A stretch of 64,000 nucleotides of DNA from Fibrobacterales bacterium (lineage in GTDB: Bacteria; Fibrobacterota; Fibrobacteria; Fibrobacterales; JAOPTW01), in assembly GCA_051532035.1 (NCBI GenBank), contig JAOPTW010000008.1:64001-128000 (forward strand). Reading direction: 5' to 3'. How positions within the stretch are numbered: position 1 is the stretch's first letter; each line of letters starts with the position of its first letter. Positions 18,748 through 28,696 of this stretch are shown here, piece after piece. A program made the position numbers and the translations under genes. The notes under the pieces were generated by a model, which saw nothing but the letters and a program-made list of their open reading frames with translations, was not told the origin of the DNA and made no database searches.

Positions 18748-20067
18748 ATGAGTGAAATAATTGTTTCTAAATTTGGCGGAAGTTCTGTTGCTAATGCGAA
18801 CCAGTTCAAAAAAATAAAAGATATTGTTTTGAGTGACAGCAATCGCAAAGTAATTGTCGTTTCTGCCCCTGGCAAATCTCATAAAGATGACATTAAAATA
18901 ACTGACCTCCTCTTTTCTGCTTTTGAACTAGCCGCAAAACGACTTGACATCTCACCAGCATTCAACCCTATCATTGAACGATTTGGCGCTATCGCACACG
19001 ACCTCGGCCTCAGTAAAAACATACTTGATGACCTTGAAGAACTCCGCGCAGCACTCACCAATAAGATTGAAACAATCACTGAATCATTTGTAATCTCTCG
19101 TGGTGAATACCTGTGTGCACGCCTGATGGCTGAATACCTTGGTGGCACTTTTATTGATGCCTTTGATGTTATCGAAATTGACGCTTATGGCCGTGCAAAT
19201 GAGCACTCATTTGACTCTATCAATGACAAATTGACTGATGATGCTATTCATGTTGTTCCAGGATTTTATGGCAAAGGTCACCACGGTAATCTCGAATTAT
19301 TTTCACGCGGTGGATCAGATATTTCAGGAGCAATTTTAGCAAATGGGCTCAATGCTGCCCGCTACGAAAACTGGACTGATGTATCGGGGCTTCTTATGGC
19401 TGACCCACGACTCATCGACAACCCACTCCCTATGAAACGCGTCAGTTATCGTGAAATTAGAGAACTCGCATATATGGGGGCCAATGTTTTTCACGACGAA
19501 GCAATCGCCCCGTGTAAAGTGAAAAATATTCCTATCAATATTAAAAATACTAATCGTCCTGAAGACTCAGGAACAATCATTGGCCCAGCGCCTAAGACCC
19601 CCAAGCACACCGTTACAGGCATAGCCGGTAAAAAAGACTTCTCTCTGATTTATATCGAAAAAGGTATGATGAACAAAGAGCGGGGCTTTGGTCGAAAAAT
19701 ATTAGGTATTTTAGAAACCCATAACGTACCCTACGAACACTCCCCAACCGGTATTGACTCAATGTCCGTTATTGTAGACCAACAACAACTCAACGCGGTG
19801 GAAGACCTGGTTCTTGACGAAATAACCCGAACTACCAACCCTGACTTTATAAAAGTGAGCAAAGACATTTCACTTATCGCCACGGTTGGGCACGGTATGG
19901 CACACACCATTGGTGTTTCGGCCCAACTTTTTACAGCTTTGGCAAATGATAACATCAATATCAGAATTATTGACCAAGGGTCGTCTGAAATTAATATTAT
20001 TATAGGGGTTGATCAAAAAGACTATGAGAGAGCTATTACTTCAATCTATGGTGCTTTCATCCAATAA
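18748..20067 (+). CDS. lysC: Aspartate kinase
   Basis: VSKFGGSSVA, VVSAPGK, SRGEYL, FSRGGSDISG, WTDVSG..ADPR, ELAYMGA; ACT domains. Confidence 0.95.
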   Translation: MSEIIVSKFGGSSVANANQFKKIKDIVLSDSNRKVIVVSAPGKSHKDDIKITDLLFSAFELAAKRLDISPAFNPIIERFGAIAHDLGLSKNILDDLEELRAALTNKIETITESFVISRGEYLCARLMAEYLGGTFIDAFDVIEIDAYGRANEHSFDSINDKLTDDAIHVVPGFYGKGHHGNLELFSRGGSDISGAILANGLNAARYENWTDVSGLLMADPRLIDNPLPMKRVSYREIRELAYMGANVFHDEAIAPCKVKNIPINIKNTNRPEDSGTIIGPAPKTPKHTVTGIAGKKDFSLIYIEKGMMNKERGFGRKILGILETHNVPYEHSPTGIDSMSVIVDQQQLNAVEDLVLDEITRTTNPDFIKVSKDISLIATVGHGMAHTIGVSAQLFTALANDNINIRIIDQGSSEINIIIGVDQKDYERAITSIYGAFIQ

Positions 20068-20109
20068 TCTTACAACGCTATTTAGAGACCACAAGCGACA
20101 GGACGCGTC

Positions 20110-20541
20110 ATGAAACTTGACCAAGCAGAAATACAGTATAAAGAGTATCTCAGTAAAAGCAAAATGTTTTTCACTAAAGAACGTGCTCTTATTCTGCAAG
20201 CAGTACTCAACCAAGAAGGGCACTTTAGCGTTGATGAGCTTGATTTTGAGATGCAAAAATCTGACAAAAAAGCGTCACGTGCCACACTCTATCGCTCAAT
20301 CAATAACTTGGTAGATGCAGGGATTCTTATTGAGGCTGATTTTGGTCATGGTCATATTCACTATGAAATTGCTGGAAGTGCACCTCATGAGCACCTTGTG
20401 TGCAATGAATGCGGTACAGTAACTGAAGTGAAAAGTCCAAAAATTCTAAATGCAATTGAATCACTCTCCGAAGAGTATGAGTTCGCATTTGCCTCTCATA
20501 AAAGTACGATTTTTGGCATCTGTAAAAAATGTCAGGGATAA
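20110..20541 (+). CDS. Fur-family transcriptional regulator
   Basis: TKERALIL, HFSVDEL, SRATLYRSINNLVDAG, HEHLVCNECG, GICKKC. Confidence 0.93.
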   Translation: MKLDQAEIQYKEYLSKSKMFFTKERALILQAVLNQEGHFSVDELDFEMQKSDKKASRATLYRSINNLVDAGILIEADFGHGHIHYEIAGSAPHEHLVCNECGTVTEVKSPKILNAIESLSEEYEFAFASHKSTIFGICKKCQG

Positions 20542-20607
20542 CCTTCCTCTAACGCACTCATGTTAGCACAACAAGGCCCAACGGGACCTACCTAATCTCA
20601 GTCACAT

Positions 20608-21258
20608 TCAACTTACAGAAATCAGCTTCTGAAAATCATACCCTTCCCACTCCACACCTTCACTTGGCTCCGTATTGAATGAGTAAGTCTTATTCTGTAA
20701 AGTAAACGTGATAGCGTATGCATGGAGATAGCCGCGATCATACTGTTCTGCATCAGGGCTATAGATAGGGTCACCTAAAATAGCGGCACCAATTGATTTG
20801 AGTGCGACCCGTATCTGATGGGTTTTCCCTGTTTTAGGAGTCACAATATACAGACGTTTTTTAGGCTCGCAACTGACACTTTTAAAAAGAGTGACCGCAG
20901 GATTATTATGAGTCCTCATGAGTTTCCAGGACTTTCTACGGGAACGTTCCATATCACCTGCTATAGTTCCCTGTTTCTTTTTGGGCTTCTTGTCACTCAA
21001 GGCAATATAGGTCTTTTGAACAAGTCTCTTTTCAAACTGTGTAGTGAGCTCTGCAGCGATAGTGGACGAAAGCGCAATAACCAACACCCCTGAAGTCATT
21101 TTATCAAGGCGATGGACGGGATAGAGTGCATCAATTGCTAGATCTCTTCGAAGAGCCTCAAAGAGCGAATCATCTTCACCTTCTTTATGAAAATTGATGC
21201 CTGGTAATTTATCAATCACAATAAACAGGTCATTTTGGTGAATCATCCGATACATCAT
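20608..21258 (-). CDS. RluA-family pseudouridine synthase (TIGR01621-like)
   Basis: VHRLDKMTSG, KPKKKQG...GDMERSRR..WKL, TGKTHQIRVAL, GDPIY. Confidence 0.9.
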   Translation of the reverse strand: MMYRMIHQNDLFIVIDKLPGINFHKEGEDDSLFEALRRDLAIDALYPVHRLDKMTSGVLVIALSSTIAAELTTQFEKRLVQKTYIALSDKKPKKKQGTIAGDMERSRRKSWKLMRTHNNPAVTLFKSVSCEPKKRLYIVTPKTGKTHQIRVALKSIGAAILGDPIYSPDAEQYDRGYLHAYAITFTLQNKTYSFNTEPSEGVEWEGYDFQKLISVS

Positions 21259-21305
21259 CTCTTATCCTTTAGTGAAAACGCTAAAGCGCTTTTTATAGAT
21301 ACAAA

Positions 21306-21334
21306 AAAAGCCTTCCGGAATCCGGAAGGCTTTT
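21306..21334 (-). terminator. Intrinsic terminator of rpsD
   Basis: AAAAGCCTTCCGGA-A-TCCGGAAGGCTTTT, with an A run on the plus strand (U tail on minus). Confidence 0.88.
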
Positions 21335-21356
21335 AATAGAGCACAAAGCTGTTTTA

Positions 21357-21959
21357 CTATTTCGAGTAAAACTCAACGATGAGTTGCTCAGTAACTTGAA
21401 CAGGAATCTGATCACGTTCTGGAATTACAACTAGTTTTGACTCGATTTTACTTTTGTTAATTTCGAGGTATGCTGGAGCTTCAGGGCCATTAGCCACTGA
21501 CTCAACGATTTGTGGATGAGCTTTTGATTTTTCTCTAATTGAGATAACGTCATTAACACGGATTTTCATAGAGCCGTTAAAACAACGAACACCATTAACC
21601 ATGAAGTGACCATGTGCAACATATTGACGAGCAGCATATGCAGTTTTTGCAAATCCTGATCTAAGAACCAATGCGTCTAAACGAGTTTCAAGCTGTTGAA
21701 GAAGCGCTCCACCGGTAGCACCTTTTGTTGCGTTTGCACGAACAAATGCTTTCTTAAGTTGTTTTTCAGAAACATTATAAATCTCTTTGAGTCTCTGTTT
21801 TTCAACGAGTTGAGTTTTATAAACTGAAGGTCCTCTTTTACGACCTTGACCATGTTGACCTGGGCCAAATGATCTTTTGCTCATAATACGAGCAGCTTTT
21901 TCTGTAAGTGGTAAGTTCAACGCACGCGAAACTTTTACTTTTGGTCCTCTAACTGGCAT
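21357..21959 (-). CDS. rpsD: 30S ribosomal protein S4
   Basis: GPKVKVSR, PGQHG, QLVEKQRLK, LETRLD, AARQYVAHGH, EQLIVEFYSK; ATG 21959 behind GAGGA. Confidence 0.97.
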   Translation of the reverse strand: MPVRGPKVKVSRALNLPLTEKAARIMSKRSFGPGQHGQGRKRGPSVYKTQLVEKQRLKEIYNVSEKQLKKAFVRANATKGATGGALLQQLETRLDALVLRSGFAKTAYAARQYVAHGHFMVNGVRCFNGSMKIRVNDVISIREKSKAHPQIVESVANGPEAPAYLEINKSKIESKLVVIPERDQIPVQVTEQLIVEFYSK

Positions 21960-22143
21960 AGTTATCCTCATGTTGCGATTCTACTGGAAAGTAAAAATGA
22001 AACCAGTATCATCAATTTCTTTTGTGAAGGGTCAAATATAGTAAATGGAGAGCATATTTTAAGCAAACTGCCAAATTAATACGCCCAATGCTACAATTTG
22101 ACTATAATTCCATACAGGTTACGGTTGAAAAAGGTAGCACACC

Positions 22144-22827
22144 ATAGCAAACCCTAAAAATACACAAATTCGAGAACAGCTTGGTGAACGCCTCTATGCG
22201 GCCTATTCTAACTTGAGGCCACGCTGGGATGTATGGGATTTCTGTTGTGACCATGGCTATCTCGGTAAAAAAGCCCTCGAAAACAATAAATTTAACACCA
22301 TTCACTTTGTTGATCGTGTCTATCATATCACCGAAGAACTGACCGCCTACCTTGTAGACCACGACAACGCCCTTGTGTACAATGAGGATATTCGCCAAAA
22401 GAACCTTTATGTAACAGGGAACCTCGTTTTTTTCGGAATTGGCGCACAGAGTATAATCGATATGCTCCTACTACAGTGTCCACAACCCATTGAAGGTGTG
22501 AGACTCATCCTCTGCCCTAATAAAAACCCCGAAACACTGCGAACCTATCTCGCATCGGGTAACTGGAAAATCGTAACCGACACCCTTATAGAAGACAATC
22601 GATCACTTAAAGAGGTCATTGTCTGTGAGGCCCAAGGCGAAACCATAGAACTCTTTGGCAACTACCTCAAAAACCACCCACAGTACAGTGACTATATCAG
22701 ATCACGAAAAGAGTATTACGAGTCACTCCCCGAAGAGAACTCTGGACGCAAAGAGTTCTTACCCTATTTAATACAGTGCGTCACCGCAATGAACACTCAC
22801 CAGGAGCCCAGCAATGAAACAGATTAA
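22144..22827 (+). CDS. trmK: tRNA (adenine22-N1)-methyltransferase TrmK-like; start uncertain (probable ATA at 22144)
   Basis: LGERLY...VWDFCCDHGYLG, GIGAQSI, LILCPN..PETLRTYL. The frame is open from 22138 with no ATG/GTG before the conserved N-terminus. Confidence 0.7.
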   Translation: MANPKNTQIREQLGERLYAAYSNLRPRWDVWDFCCDHGYLGKKALENNKFNTIHFVDRVYHITEELTAYLVDHDNALVYNEDIRQKNLYVTGNLVFFGIGAQSIIDMLLLQCPQPIEGVRLILCPNKNPETLRTYLASGNWKIVTDTLIEDNRSLKEVIVCEAQGETIELFGNYLKNHPQYSDYIRSRKEYYESLPEENSGRKEFLPYLIQCVTAMNTHQEPSNETD

Positions 22828-23191
22828 AACATCCAAAGCACCAATGGCACTCGGCCCATATTCTCAGGCAGTTCTCAGCCGAGGAACCCTCTATAGTTCT
22901 GGACAAATTGCACTGAACCCTCACACCAAAAAAATAGAAGGAAGCACCATCGAAGAACAGACGCGACAGGTGCTCACTAACATAGAAGCCATCTTACTAG
23001 AAGCGGGTATGACTCTTTCGAATGTTGTTAAAACAACGGTCTTTATGCAAAACCTCGAAGATTTTGCTCAGATGAATGCTGTCTACGAAGAAGCTTTTGG
23101 TGAAAGTAAGCCTGCACGTGCCACGGTTGAGGTAAGCCGACTTCCTGCAGACGCCTTAATCGAGATCGAGTGTATTGCGCTAGAGGAATAA
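22814..23191 (+). CDS. ridA: RidA/YjgF/UK114 family enamine deaminase
   Basis: APMALGPYSQA, SGQIALNP, VVKTTVF, MNAVY, PARATVEVSRLP, IEIECIA. Confidence 0.93.
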   Translation: MKQIKTSKAPMALGPYSQAVLSRGTLYSSGQIALNPHTKKIEGSTIEEQTRQVLTNIEAILLEAGMTLSNVVKTTVFMQNLEDFAQMNAVYEEAFGESKPARATVEVSRLPADALIEIECIALEE

Positions 23192-23917
23192 ATGTCAATT
23201 CTTATTGCCGTTCCTGTATATAACCGATTTAAAATTACGCACCTCTGCCTCAATCAACTAATGAAGCATAAGAATCCCGCTGACAAGGTACTCGTATACA
23301 ACGATCACTCTACTGAGTTTGACCACAATCAACTCCTCCCCCTTGTTGATGAAGCAGTGATCCTCCCCACAAAATCGCTCAATGGCCCAGCCACCATACG
23401 TTGGCATCAAATGCACACGTTTTTAGAAAGTGATCACGAATTCCTCTACGCTACCGACAATGACGGCTTTCATGATCCAACATTTAGAGAGACCCTTATG
23501 ACGCTGTTCACACATGTGGGCAGCAGTAAACTTCCTGTTTCACTCTACAACAGCTACTATCACAACAAACCAGAAAATATAGTGTTAAACAAACAAGGCA
23601 TCTCTCTTAAAAAAACAGCCCCAGGTATCTCGATGCTCTACACTCGAGCAATGGTTGAAAAAATCATTTCCTCAGTTGATACTGCTCCTCATGAACATGA
23701 CTCCTACGACTGGGACTACCGCTCGTGCGGATATCTTGCGCAGCTTTTTGTCTCATCAAATACCTCATATGTGGAACACTTTGGTTTTGGTGGCATGCAC
23801 TATTCTCAAGAGAATAATGATATTGCTCAAAACCCCACCCCCTACCTCCAAAAGTATCGGCAATCAATTTTAAACTATTTACAGCACGATACTCCACTTC
23901 CCCCAGAACTGTGTTGA
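23192..23917 (+). CDS. Glycosyltransferase family 2-like protein
   Basis: ILIAVPVYNR, VYNDHSTE, TDND (DxD), YVEHFG. Confidence 0.8.
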   Translation: MSILIAVPVYNRFKITHLCLNQLMKHKNPADKVLVYNDHSTEFDHNQLLPLVDEAVILPTKSLNGPATIRWHQMHTFLESDHEFLYATDNDGFHDPTFRETLMTLFTHVGSSKLPVSLYNSYYHNKPENIVLNKQGISLKKTAPGISMLYTRAMVEKIISSVDTAPHEHDSYDWDYRSCGYLAQLFVSSNTSYVEHFGFGGMHYSQENNDIAQNPTPYLQKYRQSILNYLQHDTPLPPELC

Positions 23918-24010
23918 GTTATTTTACATCATTGAGAAACTCCTTGTAAAGATTCGCTCTTATTAGCCCCATCTTCTCTAGTGGTTACTATTTTTATCCG
24001 ATGACCTAGT

Positions 24011-24811
24011 ATGAGTTTAACCATTTACCCTATGCTCCTTGTTCCATTTAGACGTAGTCAAGCCGACATCACCCTCCCTTTTATAGAAAAGCATGGGTTC
24101 GGTATTGAGATACATGATTTCAGAGAGTCTGAAGTGGTTAACAGCGATTCAACCTACCAAAATGTACTCGCAGATGTCACGACCACCCTCAGCGGCGTTT
24201 CATGCGTTAAAACACTCCATGCTCCCTTTAGAGAACTCTCAGTCTTTAGTGACGACACTGCAATCGCTGCAATTTCTCAAAAACGGATCATTAATTCACT
24301 CATTACCGCTCAAGCACTTGGTTGTGAAAAAGTAGTAGTCCATACGGGATTCAATCCTCTGATTGCAGATGCTCAGCGGGAGCATAATATTGCAGATAAA
24401 ATCCTCGCTTTCTACACCACTATTGCTGCCCAGTTTTCTGATATCACCATCTGCCTCGAAAACTCATTTGAAACGTCATTTTTACTCTTTGAACGAATAT
24501 TTAGCCAGGGTACACCTCCAAACTTAAAGATGTGTCTCGACACTGGTCACTCGCATCTCTTTGGCCAAAAGAGTACCTCCGAAATTATCACTCAATTCAG
24601 TGAATATATTTCTCATGTACATTTACACGATAATCACCGAGATAGAGACGCCCACCTGATACCTGGCCATGGAACTCTTGACTGGGTCTCAACTGCAGAT
24701 GCGCTCAGCAGACTCAACGACCCAACGCTCCTTATCGAAGTGTTCGACCCCAAAAAGATCGAACACTATTTAGGTGATATAGAGCAGCTTCTTTCGATGC
24801 AAAAAGTGTAA
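24011..24811 (+). CDS. Sugar phosphate isomerase/epimerase family (AP endonuclease 2 TIM barrel)
   Basis: TLHAPF, VVVHTG, ICLEN, CLDTGH, HVHLHDN...DAHLIPGHG. Confidence 0.88.
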   Translation: MSLTIYPMLLVPFRRSQADITLPFIEKHGFGIEIHDFRESEVVNSDSTYQNVLADVTTTLSGVSCVKTLHAPFRELSVFSDDTAIAAISQKRIINSLITAQALGCEKVVVHTGFNPLIADAQREHNIADKILAFYTTIAAQFSDITICLENSFETSFLLFERIFSQGTPPNLKMCLDTGHSHLFGQKSTSEIITQFSEYISHVHLHDNHRDRDAHLIPGHGTLDWVSTADALSRLNDPTLLIEVFDPKKIEHYLGDIEQLLSMQKV

Positions 24812-24833
24812 TACATTAGGGCAGTTCTAAAAC

Positions 24834-25526
24834 CTACTCATCATTACTCACAATGTAATCCTGAAGAAAAGAGAGGGGAAGGTAGTGATCGTCCTCAACC
24901 TTAATTGTCACGTTCTGATTACTTTCCCAATGGGTAAAAGAGATTGAGGTTGCATTGAGCATGAGCCTATGGGTATCAAAACGCTCTCGAAAAAGGGTAT
25001 TGTGCTTGCCCTCACCATATGCAGTATCACCAACAATAGGATGAAAGAAACTTTTCATATGCCTTCGAATCTGATGCATCCTACCTGTTTTGGGGAGGCA
25101 TGCAACATGGGCATAGCGCACTGACTGGTGCTCCCCCATAGGTATGGGAAGCTCATATTTTGTTATCAACCTAAATTCCGTTTGTGCATCGAGATACTCA
25201 TCACCCCGTTCATTAAGCAACGGTTTATCAATAAGACCCGCATCAACCCAGCCACGCACCAACGCTTCATAGGTTTTTTCTATCTTGCCATATCGAAAGA
25301 GCAGGGAAAGCTGTCGCGCGGCCTCGGAAGACAACCCAAAGAGAAGCACCCCAGAAGTAGGTCGATCCAGCCGGTGAACCGGATATAGTTTTTGTCCGAG
25401 CTGGTCGCGCAAGAGTTGCAGCACTGTAACAGTATCAGTTGAGAGTGCAGAGCGATGTACTAAAATCCCAGGGGGTTTATAAATAGCCACCATATGTTCA
25501 TCATGATAGAGAATTGGAAAAGACAC
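24834..25526 (-). CDS. truC: tRNA pseudouridine(65) synthase TruC-like
   Basis: KPPGILVHRS, QLLRDQLG, VHRLDRPTSG, TGRMHQIRRH, HPIVGD..YGEGKHN; GTG 25526 behind AGGAG. Confidence 0.85.
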   Translation of the reverse strand: MSFPILYHDEHMVAIYKPPGILVHRSALSTDTVTVLQLLRDQLGQKLYPVHRLDRPTSGVLLFGLSSEAARQLSLLFRYGKIEKTYEALVRGWVDAGLIDKPLLNERGDEYLDAQTEFRLITKYELPIPMGEHQSVRYAHVACLPKTGRMHQIRRHMKSFFHPIVGDTAYGEGKHNTLFRERFDTHRLMLNATSISFTHWESNQNVTIKVEDDHYLPLSFLQDYIVSNDE

Positions 25527-25638
25527 TGAAACTCCTTGGTTACACGCCAAATATAGCAATCAATAGAGAGCGGTTAGTGTATCTTGGATAATGAGCCCGA
25601 TACAAATCAATTTTTTCTATAATTAGGTAAAATCTTAC

Positions 25639-26994
25639 TTGATACTCTCTATGCTACGCAGACTAACACTCTTTTCATTATGTATCACCCTAATTCTATT
25701 AGTACTTGGATGTCAATCTGAGGAAGAACGTACACGTATCGCAGAGAAAAAAGCCAAAGCAGAGCATGTCGCGATGCTTAGAGCAGACAGTATTCGAGTA
25801 CAAGATTCGATTATCGCCTACAAGGCTCAATTTGTACATGGTGCAGTGAAACCCAATCAAGGTATGTTCCAAGTTCTTGAAGACATGGGTATTTCAACAC
25901 AATCTGCCCTTGACCTTATCAACACCCTCCGCTTTGAAGTCGAGCTCACGAACCTAAAAGTAGGTGAAAAGTTACGGGCTCGATTTGACACCAGTGATTC
26001 GACTCGTATTGCAGAGCTTCAATATGAACCTAACATGGTTACAATCCATTGCCTCATCTACGACAAAGAGATTGAGAAATATACGTATAAACTCAAAGAG
26101 CTCCCTACTGAAATAAGACACACTCTTTATGAAAGTGAGCTTAAAGAGGGATCAACCCTCGACCAGACCTTAAGAGAAATTGGACTTCCCTCAACAATGG
26201 TTGGCGTTGTCAATGGAGTGCTCAAATGTAAAATAAATTTTAGAATGTACGCCCGCCATGGGGACACGTTTAAAATCCTGATGAAGGAACGCTACTACAA
26301 AGAGATTCTCATTAGTTCCAAAGTACTCTACACTACCTACAGCGGACAAAGAACGGGGTCTTATGAGGCATTCAGGTTTCAAGACGCCGACCCTCGATCA
26401 ACCTACAACGCCCACTACACCGCTGAAGGCGAGGCACTCATCCACTCTGGCCTTCGCTACCCTGTGCGTAGACTCCACATAACATCCTCTTGGGGCTGGC
26501 GTCGCCACCCTGTGACCGGTCGCAGAAAGATGCATAACGGTATTGATTATAAAGGAAGAATCGGGGACCCTGTCTATGCCGTTGCATCAGGTAAAGTTGT
26601 CGCCTCTTCATACGATAAATATGGAGGCAATAAAATCGCCGTTAGGCACTCCGATAAGTCGACGTCATACTACCTTCACCTTACGAAACGCCTTGTTAAA
26701 AAAGGGCAGTATGTACGGACCCGTCAAAAAATTGGTACTGTAGGTAAGACAGGTCGTGTTACCGGCCCCCATCTTCATTTTGGATTTAAAAACCCAAGAG
26801 GTCGCTGGATGAATCCACTCAGGAAACGGATGATTGCAACGCCTAAGCTTAAAGGAGAACGCCTAGCTCTTCTTAAAGAACAAGTTTCCACAATACAAAC
26901 ACTTCTTGAAAAAACAGTCGAATTTACTCCGAGTGACTCAATCGAACTCGACCCACTCAGTGCTCAAATAGACACCCTTGCCCAAATCAATTAA
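25639..26994 (+). CDS. M23 family peptidoglycan endopeptidase lipoprotein (MepM-like); start may be ATG 25651
   Basis: Lipobox VLGC; RRHPVTG, HNGIDY, YLHL, GRVTGPHLHF. Confidence 0.92.
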   Translation: MILSMLRRLTLFSLCITLILLVLGCQSEEERTRIAEKKAKAEHVAMLRADSIRVQDSIIAYKAQFVHGAVKPNQGMFQVLEDMGISTQSALDLINTLRFEVELTNLKVGEKLRARFDTSDSTRIAELQYEPNMVTIHCLIYDKEIEKYTYKLKELPTEIRHTLYESELKEGSTLDQTLREIGLPSTMVGVVNGVLKCKINFRMYARHGDTFKILMKERYYKEILISSKVLYTTYSGQRTGSYEAFRFQDADPRSTYNAHYTAEGEALIHSGLRYPVRRLHITSSWGWRRHPVTGRRKMHNGIDYKGRIGDPVYAVASGKVVASSYDKYGGNKIAVRHSDKSTSYYLHLTKRLVKKGQYVRTRQKIGTVGKTGRVTGPHLHFGFKNPRGRWMNPLRKRMIATPKLKGERLALLKEQVSTIQTLLEKTVEFTPSDSIELDPLSAQIDTLAQIN

Positions 26995-27225
26995 TGAGGG
27001 TTTATGCGTCAAATACAATAGATGCAATCGAGTAATCTATTACCAAAACAACAAGTAACTGTCTGTTGTTAAACAACTTATAGCATTCTAAAATTCCCCA
27101 ACAATTATAGAACCCTAAGATTATCTCTCCACACCTTACTAACTATTGCTCGCTTTTTACAATGACCGTATCATATAGATAAGATAGGTACTGCGCCCCT
27201 CGCAGATAAAAGGCAGGTAATTATC

Positions 27226-28608
27226 ATGAAACACTGGATACGACTAAAACAGAAAAGAGCATTCTTCATGTTCTTCAGTAGCTTGGTTATGGTTATGGCA
27301 ATCATTATTAGTTATAGCATTTACCATAAAACTGCCCAAACAATAGAAGAGATATCCCAAACAAAACAAGCAATCACCCAGGTATCACTGACACAGGTCC
27401 AGCTTCAAGGATTAAATGTTCGTGACCTCGACTCCCCCCCCAATACGTATTACTTAGAAAATATTGATGCCTCAACGCTTCCGCAAATTGATGGGGCCCA
27501 GCTGACCAACCAAATAGTAACCACAAGTAAAGAGAAAGTTGGCATGGTACTCGACAATTTCTTTATCCTTCAGGAAACCTATCAAGATGCACTCGCCTCA
27601 GCACGGCAACTCTCAAATCACCTAGAAAGGCACTACACGCCGGTAAGTAATAGCGAGCTCACTACCATCTACCTCGACCTCCATGCTCAAGTAGCCACAC
27701 TCCCTAATGCCATACTACAAGAGTTAGAAATGCTCAAGGACGGTGATGAGATATCCGTTACCTCACTCAATGAGGCAATTATATTTACTAAAACAAGTTA
27801 TACTCAACTTGCAGGAGTCTGCCTCCCCAAAAATGAAACACTTTTTGTCAAAAAGCTAACCAACCTCGTGGATCACATGCAGATGATGCTCCGAGATGGT
27901 GAAACCTATTTTAGCTCCCATACTATTGCATTGAGTACTCTTACACTCCTCAATAAGAATATGGTTCAAGCTGACAATAGCAACCAAGCCTCACATAAGG
28001 AGTCGGCTATCATTCTCATGCTCATTATGGCAGGTCTCTTTGTAACCATGGGTGCTACACTCTTTAGCATAATGCGATCACGCAATTTTATGCTTATGAA
28101 CGCGACCTCAAAAGATGACCTAGAATCTGAAAACCTCGTAACAATTAAAAGTGCTGTAGAGCACCTTATTGAATCGGTCAATCAAACGTGGATGGATTCT
28201 AAAGGAGAAATCCGTATTGTAGAAGACATGACAAATGAGAGTAGGACCATCGACGAGATCATGACTAACATAGAAGCTGAGCTTGTCAATGTCCACAACG
28301 ATTCAAAAGAGATTCACTCACTGCGCAAACAGATAGAAGGGCTCTATCAGTCAACTGACCTTATTGAAAAAAAGGAAATCCTCCCCTTAGTAAAACATGT
28401 ATGTGATCTCGAAATTAGTCTCTATCAACATGAAGACGACCTTCACTCAGATGTCGAAGCTATGAGTAACACCACCTTCTCAATTCGAAATGATCTCATT
28501 ACCCTCAGGTCTATGATGGACAAACTGATACAAGATACTGAACAACTTAAATCTGAATCTAATAGCCTTGAAGAAAATGGGGCAATCATGGACACGTGGG
28601 ATAATTAA
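27226..28608 (+). CDS. Two-TM membrane protein with MCP-like topology and a coiled-coil C-terminus
   Basis: TM1 near the N-terminus, periplasmic helical domain, TM2 (AIILMLIMAGLFVTMGATLF), heptad-rich tail; no NLLALNAAIEAARAG hairpin. Confidence 0.6.
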   Translation: MKHWIRLKQKRAFFMFFSSLVMVMAIIISYSIYHKTAQTIEEISQTKQAITQVSLTQVQLQGLNVRDLDSPPNTYYLENIDASTLPQIDGAQLTNQIVTTSKEKVGMVLDNFFILQETYQDALASARQLSNHLERHYTPVSNSELTTIYLDLHAQVATLPNAILQELEMLKDGDEISVTSLNEAIIFTKTSYTQLAGVCLPKNETLFVKKLTNLVDHMQMMLRDGETYFSSHTIALSTLTLLNKNMVQADNSNQASHKESAIILMLIMAGLFVTMGATLFSIMRSRNFMLMNATSKDDLESENLVTIKSAVEHLIESVNQTWMDSKGEIRIVEDMTNESRTIDEIMTNIEAELVNVHNDSKEIHSLRKQIEGLYQSTDLIEKKEILPLVKHVCDLEISLYQHEDDLHSDVEAMSNTTFSIRNDLITLRSMMDKLIQDTEQLKSESNSLEENGAIMDTWDN

Positions 28609-28613
28609 CCCCA

Positions 28614-28650
28614 AAATGTGTGCTCAATAGACACAATTGAGCACACATTT
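28614..28650 (+). terminator. Stem-loop, probable terminator
   Basis: AAATGTGTGCTCAAT-N7-ATTGAGCACACATTT just after the stop codon. Confidence 0.7.
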
Positions 28651-28696
28651 AGTGTTTACTTTTTAATCACATTAAAATCTTACTATCTTCTAAACT

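Noticed and set aside
26995..27225. Possible c-di-GMP riboswitch before the MCP-like gene
   Set aside because: Only a small CTGCG/CGCAG hairpin is present, with no GEMM consensus elements.
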